This document shows, one piece after another, positions 57,915-64,000 of a stretch of 64,000 bases of DNA; position 1 is the stretch's first letter; each line of letters opens with the position of its first letter. The stretch lies in the IMG/VR virus record IMGVR_UViG_3300023184_000079, positions 1-64,000 of that record; one strand, 5' to 3'. The DNA is from a virus. Both the position numbers and the translations under genes were made by a program. The notes below the pieces were generated by a model, which saw only the letters and a program-made list of their open reading frames with translations, was not told the DNA's origin and made no database searches.

Positions 57915-58013
57915 GCAGATCAGTACACGGGAAGCGAATGTGCTGAATTGGCGGCATTCTTCACCCCTCAAAGGGCAGTGCCCGTTACGGTCGGTTAACC
58001 CATACTGATCTGC
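57915..58013. ncRNA. Candidate structured RNA element
   Basis: Perfect 11-bp closing stem GCAGATCAGTA/TACTGATCTGC with internal hairpins. Confidence 0.45.
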
Positions 58014-58022
58014 TGTTATTGA

Positions 58023-58559
58023 CTATAGCAGAGTGGGAGGATCCCAGAATTCAAGCCATTGATCCCGATCTACATCGGTGCCAGTAAATATATCTAGGGG
58101 CGAAAATTTTGCATCAAGAAACCTATGATAGTATTCTGGTTTGATATCTGAATTATGTCTTCCTGTAAGGTTTGCCGAACTTAGATCCAATTCAGTATCC
58201 AGTGTTGCACGAGGAATATTATTCGGATCTCTGAGCGAATATATTGCCATGTTTGGCAATGCTGAGTCTGCCGCCTCGCCAGCATATTCTTCCCATCTAT
58301 CAGATATAAAATCTTGATCCGACCATTTATCGCGCTCAATGCCTTCCCATTCGCATGGAGGAGACAAACAATTGCCTACCAGTTCACCTTCACGAACAAG
58401 GTCTTTCCATGTTTGCGGTTGTCTAATAGTCCATCCATCGGGGAATGTATAGATAATTTTGCTAGTATCTTCTGGGAGTTGGGCCGCTCTATTCAGAAGT
58501 TGAGTGGTTGTTTCTGCCGCTTGATGCAGCATCTCCGCTCTTGTTTCAATACGCTTCAT
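58023..58559 (-). CDS. Leader-family protein (MKRIETRAEML) with PcfJ-like domain
   Basis: GWTIRQPQTWKDLVREGELVGNCL...IYSLRDPNNIPRATL. Confidence 0.7.
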   Translation of the reverse strand: MKRIETRAEMLHQAAETTTQLLNRAAQLPEDTSKIIYTFPDGWTIRQPQTWKDLVREGELVGNCLSPPCEWEGIERDKWSDQDFISDRWEEYAGEAADSALPNMAIYSLRDPNNIPRATLDTELDLSSANLTGRHNSDIKPEYYHRFLDAKFSPLDIFTGTDVDRDQWLEFWDPPTLL

Positions 58560-58599
58560 TATCTATTATCTTGCCGCCATCTTATATATAATAGATACC

Positions 58600-59172
58600 A
58601 TGTGGCGTATATCAACTAGAAAAGAAATGCTATTTAAGACGGCGGAAGAAGAGAGGGTAGAAGTTAACCCAAACACAAGAAATCAGTCTCAATGGTATTT
58701 TAATATCTATGAGATTAGTGAGGTTTATGGCGGTTCAGAAGAGGGTGGTTGGTATTATACTGCTGGCGAGCCTGTTGAAAGCATAAAACTTAAAAATCCT
58801 TTTCCGGAGAATGCGTACATTTCCCCACAAGAAGATGGCGGTAACGAGGCATATTTTGAAAAAGAAAATACAGAAGTAGACGATTTTCTTAAGTTTTTTG
58901 AAAGCAAAGGGTATACTTTTAATGGCAAAAACAGATTCAAAACAAGCCCCCAACAAGCCGAACAAGAGGATTTCGCTAACGCGCAAAGAAATTATGGTCC
59001 CGATGAGGCTGCTGAAGTTTATTTAGAGGGTTCTAAAGCCATGGAAGAGTTCGCTCAAGGGCATCCGGAATTGTTGGACAAGTGGTACATGGATCAATAC
59101 ACCGATTATTCTTATCGGATTGAAGACCACCCCGGCAGATCATTCCCCCAACAGGGGCAATACTACCAATAA
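58600..59172 (+). CDS. Leader-family protein (MWRISTRKEML) with YGGxEEGGW motif
   Basis: The only convincing plus-strand gene; divergent from 58559. Confidence 0.7.
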   Translation: MWRISTRKEMLFKTAEEERVEVNPNTRNQSQWYFNIYEISEVYGGSEEGGWYYTAGEPVESIKLKNPFPENAYISPQEDGGNEAYFEKENTEVDDFLKFFESKGYTFNGKNRFKTSPQQAEQEDFANAQRNYGPDEAAEVYLEGSKAMEEFAQGHPELLDKWYMDQYTDYSYRIEDHPGRSFPQQGQYYQ

Positions 59173-59746
59173 CCTATGTGGCGCATATCTACTAGACGAG
59201 AGATGTTATCTGATTTTGATGACGGTAAAAATCCGTTTGACCTCCGCTCACGTTGCGGACCTCAAAACTAATACAATACTCATAAAAAGTGAAGATAACG
59301 TATTAGTTTTGAGGAGAGTCTTTGACGTTGTTCACGTATAGAGTGTATTGCGTGTGATCTGGTGCGACGCTCATGTGTCCATTACGAGACTCTCGTATGT
59401 CCAATAGTGTGGTTGTTATGTCGTCTTTGACGTTGTAGATAAGCCCGGTGTGTATCTACATGTGTGTGCGGAACCGTATCAGTTTGATACGCTATAGCAC
59501 ATGGCGTGTTGTGTACTACTGCAGGTGTACGCCATCATGTATCCTCTGCAGGCGATTACCTGCAAATGGCTTGTATCTCTCTAGGTGGTACTTTCCAAGT
59601 GTAGGATCGGTTCTAGGCATTACCGCTTGTTGTGTCTAGGCATTCGTGAAGATTGGGTCTGAGAGGTTCTCTTTGTCTGCGAAATATCGTGCATACGGAC
59701 GATATTTCGTGCATACTTGGGTCGTGAATCTGGCTCGCATAAAGAT

Positions 59747-59798
59747 GCGAGTTAAAGGCGTTTAACCCTGCGTAATCGCTTATTTATGCGAGTTAACG
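59747..59798. repeat. Imperfect direct repeat, copy 1 (copy 2 at 63874-63924)
   Basis: GCGAGTTAAAG..GT.TAACC.....TAATCGC...TTTATGCGA.(.)TAACG. Confidence 0.6.
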
Positions 59799-60437
59799 TA
59801 GCAAAGATGCTAGTTTATCGTATTGGAAATAAGACTCATTTAATGATATCGCCTCTGGTGAAATCGGCCCTTTGTATGAAAAAGTTTTTAAATTGAATAT
59901 TGATTCTTGAACAAATTTCGGCTGATCTATTATGTGAGATTGCGACTCAGCGTACTCGCCAAGTGATTGCTGCCCCGGCTCAAGTTTGTGATGAATATTA
60001 ATTAGATTTTTGGGATGAAGTCTAAAGTGTTCAGGTAAGGAATCAATACCCTCAATCTCCATATTTGTATCTAGGGCATCTTCATCAAAATCTACTTTTG
60101 ATGGATCCAGTTGTCTTGCGTCTATTTTGAATTGACAAAACGTTTTACTGTCAGTTCTTAGATAAACATGATTTGCTCTTGGTTCCCCAACTGTTCTATC
60201 GTAGACACTTTTACCAAGAACGTCCCATGGTATTAGACCGTTTTGCAATATGCTTTGAATAGTTTTAATTCCCTCTTCATCAATTCTTGCAGACATATTT
60301 TGATGATATACAAAAGGATATGTCTGAATGAACGTATTCCACCAACGCTGATCAACAGCCATGCTTAAAAGCGTAAACCTGTGGCCGCCCTGTGAATAGC
60401 CATAGATCATCTCTTTTCTTGTTTCAATACGTTTCAC
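59793..60437 (-). CDS. Leader-family protein (MKRIETRKEMI) with ART/Tpt1-like fold
   Basis: VYH...SILQNGLIPWD...HVYL...IDARQLD...DED...YKGPISPEAI. Confidence 0.6.
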   Translation of the reverse strand: MKRIETRKEMIYGYSQGGHRFTLLSMAVDQRWWNTFIQTYPFVYHQNMSARIDEEGIKTIQSILQNGLIPWDVLGKSVYDRTVGEPRANHVYLRTDSKTFCQFKIDARQLDPSKVDFDEDALDTNMEIEGIDSLPEHFRLHPKNLINIHHKLEPGQQSLGEYAESQSHIIDQPKFVQESIFNLKTFSYKGPISPEAISLNESYFQYDKLASLLR

Positions 60438-61243
60438 TATTGAAATCCCATTTCAAATGATCCCGGCTCTGAGCCCATCTCTTCATGAAGCGGATTCATT
60501 GTTCTTTGGCGTTCTGTGGCCACCCATATAGCGGCTTGTGTATCGCGAGGAGATTGGCCGTATTCCTTCGCAATTCTCCGAATAGCGTTTTGAATTGCTC
60601 TTCTTGCTGGATTTCCCACACTTCGCAAAGAATCAAATCCTGCTGCTCTTGCAATAATGACATCTACGGCAATTGCATCAGGATCGCCAGTCATGGCTTT
60701 AAAGAATTCAGTGACCTTGGGTCCGGTAACATACTGTTCAAAATTTGATTCGTCTGCTATGAGAACATTGAAAGCGGCTCTAAGGTTTGATGAATTCTTA
60801 AGTTTTATTTCATCAAACGGAAATGTCGGACCGACTGGGTGAGTATCCATAGGACCCCTCCCCCATGGACCGGCCGACCATTCGCCTTGTTCATTTATTT
60901 CAGCCACAGGATTCGTAACGAAGCCTGCTCCATGTTTTAAAACGTAAGAGATTATCTCTTTTGCTTTTCTAACATTAATTGCCCATTCTACTTGTGGACT
61001 GGTGACTGCGATGACAGCGGCCACTCTTTCGGGAGATACTGCGCCATTGAATTCGTCACTTATATTTTGACAAAGGTTGAAAGCATTTGGGTACCAGTTA
61101 ACCCCTTCGGAAAAAGCGCGTTCTTTTCCATAAATATTAAGAATTTTTCTAAACCGTCTGGAATAGAGATTTTCCTGACTGTTATCTTTAATACTGGCCG
61201 CAGCATTAAAGATCATTTGATCTCTGGTTTCAAGACGTTTCAT
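60437..61243 (-). CDS. Leader-family protein (MKRLETRDQMI), possible HhH-glycosylase-like fold
   Basis: WY...AAVIAVTSPQ..W..N...GPKV..F...AIAVD...QAAIW. Confidence 0.55.
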   Translation of the reverse strand: MKRLETRDQMIFNAAASIKDNSQENLYSRRFRKILNIYGKERAFSEGVNWYPNAFNLCQNISDEFNGAVSPERVAAVIAVTSPQVEWAINVRKAKEIISYVLKHGAGFVTNPVAEINEQGEWSAGPWGRGPMDTHPVGPTFPFDEIKLKNSSNLRAAFNVLIADESNFEQYVTGPKVTEFFKAMTGDPDAIAVDVIIARAAGFDSLRSVGNPARRAIQNAIRRIAKEYGQSPRDTQAAIWVATERQRTMNPLHEEMGSEPGSFEMGFQ

Positions 61244-61245
61244 AT

Positions 61246-61938
61246 CTATCCTATACCAAGTGTTTGTGTTGCTTGTTGACCGACTTCAGACCAATAGTCC
61301 TCACTGGGAAATCTTCCGGGATTGTTGGGGTCACCATTCTGTATCAACTTCATGTTGTTTGTTGATAGTTCCTGTATATCGGGAGGCAAAGAATTGAAAT
61401 ACTCTTCTGTTTGCGGTTCAATAAATTGTATGCCGCTTTCAACCAATTTCTGAGCCATCGCGTTTGCATCAATTTCTTGCTCTCTTCTCTGGTGTATCTT
61501 TTGTGTTTCCAACCAATCAGTGGTTCGTTCACGAGGCGCATTTTCAAATTCTCTTTCTTCCATATATTGGTACAGATGCTGTAACTCATGGATAAAAATG
61601 TAGTTTGCATTTTTTGGAGTTTGATATTGAAAAAGATATATTCTATACTCTTTGCCGCGCTGCGGCCTCCTCCACTGAACGCTGACGTTCTTGTAGTTTC
61701 CAATTCTAATTATCAAAGGAGCATCTAATCCAAAAACTGGATCAAATATTAACTTATTGACAAGATCCTCATTGACTTTAAAATACGGCAAATACTCACC
61801 AACAACATCAACTTCGACTTTGACAGGAGAATTGTGCCGTGCGGGACCTTGTCGGTTTTTGATTGCTTCTGCAAATGGTTGCCAATCATTGGCTGCTGGT
61901 ACAGAAAGCATTTGCATTCTTGTTTCTATGCGCTTCAT
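61246..61938 (-). CDS. Leader-family protein (MKRIETRMQML), HExxH metallopeptidase-like
   Basis: FIHELQHLYQ...EIDANAMA. Confidence 0.65.
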   Translation of the reverse strand: MKRIETRMQMLSVPAANDWQPFAEAIKNRQGPARHNSPVKVEVDVVGEYLPYFKVNEDLVNKLIFDPVFGLDAPLIIRIGNYKNVSVQWRRPQRGKEYRIYLFQYQTPKNANYIFIHELQHLYQYMEEREFENAPRERTTDWLETQKIHQRREQEIDANAMAQKLVESGIQFIEPQTEEYFNSLPPDIQELSTNNMKLIQNGDPNNPGRFPSEDYWSEVGQQATQTLGIG

Positions 61939-61939
61939 A

Positions 61940-63355
61940 CTACCGCGCAGGCCCGAGAAAAAGTTTATCCAGTTCATCACCCGTGAGTGGCCGACCCCAT
62001 GCGTCTAAGACGACGGGCAGCACTATATCCGCTATCGCTTCTAAAGGCACAGTTCCCCAATATGCGAGAGTCTTGTTATGTTGAAGAGATTTCTGAGTAA
62101 CATCTGGGTCATCAAGAATCTCTGCATTTTCCTCTGCCCAAGCCCCAAGACTTTCTGGGCCACTTTCCGGCCACCATTCTGGATGGCTTGTAGGATAGGA
62201 CCGAATTCCATCAAACATCTCATTATTTGGATTTTTAAGATATTCGTCTTCAACATAGTCTTCATCTGCTGAGAATCTTGATGCTTCTAGTTTGCGTAGG
62301 TCTATAGTGAGTCTTACGCCGTCTCCATGAAAGTGGGGACTTATATCCTTAACATGCATATAAACAAATCCTGCTCTAGGGATAACGTGTGCGAGGCCGT
62401 CGTCAATATACTTTTCTTCTACTCTTGAATTTGGAATTTCATCCCATGGCATTAGGCCGTTTTTGAGGATTCCCTCAAGGCTTTCATAACTTGTGTCATG
62501 GTAGGCATAGGGGCCGTTTTGTTCAATCCATTCTTGTAAATCTTCTGGCCGCATAGCCATTGCCTTTTTGGAGAACATTGGCTGATATTTGTAGCGGGGA
62601 GTGCCATCTTCATATTGAGTGAATTCGTCTTCGTAATCATCGTAGGCAATAGTGTTGACGCTGTTTGGCGAGGGCTCAGTTCCTGCTGGGTAATATGAGG
62701 CGATACTTATATTTTGAGCCGGGATTACACCAAGATATACGAAAGCGCCATTAGAACGTAATTCTTTCCACAACTCGGTCAAATCACTTCTTTGTTGACG
62801 GCTCATTTTCATAATTTCATCGAAAAGAATACCGCCCGATGTGTCATTTTCCATCCAGTAGAAAAAACTTTCGGCATTTTGTGGTGCTTCTGGGGCTTTG
62901 TTTCCATTTATTCCCCATTCAACAAAGAATTCGGGGAATCCTGCTTCTCTGATATCAACGTATGCCTCTTCCCAACCTTCTACTGTGCCATCATATGCAT
63001 CGCTTACACGAACAGCAAGAAATTGATTTAATTCCTCTGGATCAGGAATAATCTTTTGAAGATCAAGTCCAGTAATTTTAAGAATGACTGGATCTCCGCC
63101 CGGATATCCCTCGCTCTTAGCAAGAGAACTTTCGTTGAAGGACCATTCTTGAGCCGTGGCTATTGTAGAAGCAAGATAAACTCCATTCTCAGCCACACTG
63201 TGCCTTGGGAAATTCTTATTTGCAATACCTCTACCAGTCGGCGTCAAGCCATGATCCCGAATAGACTGGAGGTTGAGTTCGCTAGTGACGTGATACCATA
63301 CGTTTGTATCGTATGGCATAGAGAGCATCTGTCGTCTTGTTTCTATGCGTTTCAT
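61940..63355 (-). CDS. Leader-family protein (MKRIETRRQML) with two tandem ART/Tpt1-like domains
   Basis: WYHVTS..NLQSIRDHGLTP...GVYLA and AYHDTS...ILKNGLMP...FVYM. Confidence 0.65.
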   Translation of the reverse strand: MKRIETRRQMLSMPYDTNVWYHVTSELNLQSIRDHGLTPTGRGIANKNFPRHSVAENGVYLASTIATAQEWSFNESSLAKSEGYPGGDPVILKITGLDLQKIIPDPEELNQFLAVRVSDAYDGTVEGWEEAYVDIREAGFPEFFVEWGINGNKAPEAPQNAESFFYWMENDTSGGILFDEIMKMSRQQRSDLTELWKELRSNGAFVYLGVIPAQNISIASYYPAGTEPSPNSVNTIAYDDYEDEFTQYEDGTPRYKYQPMFSKKAMAMRPEDLQEWIEQNGPYAYHDTSYESLEGILKNGLMPWDEIPNSRVEEKYIDDGLAHVIPRAGFVYMHVKDISPHFHGDGVRLTIDLRKLEASRFSADEDYVEDEYLKNPNNEMFDGIRSYPTSHPEWWPESGPESLGAWAEENAEILDDPDVTQKSLQHNKTLAYWGTVPLEAIADIVLPVVLDAWGRPLTGDELDKLFLGPAR

Positions 63356-63361
63356 TATCTA

Positions 63362-63814
63362 TTATTGTCTAGTCGGCGCAGGATAAGTTGCAAAACCTAT
63401 CTGACTGGGATACAGATACGATGGCAGGTAATTATGCTCATCGGTAAGGAGTTCTGGGTCAATCATTTGGCGGCTTTTCAGGCCTTTTCTTCTGCCCCGC
63501 ATTACTTGAACTGGCACAAGTTGATTGTCTTCTGCCGCCATCAAGCGGTGATTGCCTTCTGATACATGAGCCTGACCTGTTAAGTCATTGTAATCAACAA
63601 TGATTGCATTATCATACTGCTGGCCGCGAAGTTCTTCAACTTTGTCCCAATCAGCGATATCATTGCCTTCCATACCACGAAGATCACCGGCTCTGACGTA
63701 TTCCACATTAGGATAGCCGGGTAATGTGACTGGGTGTTTTGCTCTTTCTTCGTTAGGAACTTTATTCCAAAGCCATGAGAGCATTTGCCGTCTTGTTTCT
63801 ACACGTTTTGCCAT
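63362..63814 (-). CDS. Leader-family protein (MAKRVETRRQML) with ParB/Srx-like domain
   Basis: AIIV...VSEGNHRLMAA....VPVQV. Confidence 0.7.
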   Translation of the reverse strand: MAKRVETRRQMLSWLWNKVPNEERAKHPVTLPGYPNVEYVRAGDLRGMEGNDIADWDKVEELRGQQYDNAIIVDYNDLTGQAHVSEGNHRLMAAEDNQLVPVQVMRGRRKGLKSRQMIDPELLTDEHNYLPSYLYPSQIGFATYPAPTRQ

Positions 63815-63873
63815 CGTACACCTTATGTCGTAGATATGGATCGAATGCGTGGTCTTCTTATTCGCTCATATAC

Positions 63874-63924
63874 GCGAGTTAAAGCAGTATAACCTAGAAT
63901 AATCGCAAGTTTATGCGAATAACG
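63874..63924. repeat. Imperfect direct repeat, copy 2
   Basis: Aligns with 59747-59798. Confidence 0.6.
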
Positions 63925-64000
63925 ACATACCCAATTTTAAACATCAATTATGTCGATTTTGGAATGAACATTATCTCTTATCGGGATGAGAGTTTCTATT

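Noticed and set aside
57915-58013. Known self-cleaving ribozyme (hammerhead, twister, pistol)
   Set aside because: Catalytic core consensus sequences were not found by eye on either strand.
59747-59798. Integron attC site
   Set aside because: TAAC and GTTAAAC boxes are present on the minus strand but only ~25 nt apart with a poor R'' match; no integrase seen.
1-64000. Genome-wide TAG reassignment (alternative genetic code)
   Set aside because: Long genes are intact in code 11. TAG acts as a true stop at coupled junctions (60437 TAGTG, 61246, 61940, 26470). Only 21466 looks read through.

Overview
This window is 64 kb of a large myovirus-type (contractile-tail) dsDNA phage, with almost all genes on the minus strand. 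The host is probably actinobacterial, judged from leaderless SigA-type promoters and Ku, Rpf-like and MSMEG_6728-like genes. 1-35.6 kb is the late/virion region: partial tape measure, frameshifted tail chaperone, tube, sheath, neck, major capsid, decoration, prohead protease/scaffold, and collar/fibre genes. 35.8-48 kb holds DNA-metabolism and accessory genes (HNH, dUTPase, SNF2 helicase, DenV-like glycosylase, Ku, two secreted transglycosylases), tRNA-Arg(TCT) and an atypical tRNA. 44-57 kb is an increasingly GC-rich array of small early genes, where each cassette is headed by a copy of one conserved, mostly leaderless promoter repeat. 58-64 kb is AT-rich. The main candidate novel system is a set of 14 otherwise unrelated proteins in three loci that share a short N-terminal leader (MAF[RK][FI]ETA[NA]ER[WL] or M[KA]..[IVL][ES]TR..M[LI]). 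The leader is fused to variable bodies including ART-like, HExxH, ParB/Srx, PcfJ-like and glycosylase-like domains, which suggests a capsid-targeting cargo/effector system. Also found: an in-frame amber codon followed by a stem-loop that would fuse two head-region ORFs, two candidate structured ncRNAs, and a putative late promoter motif. All family assignments come from motif recognition by eye; no database searches were run.
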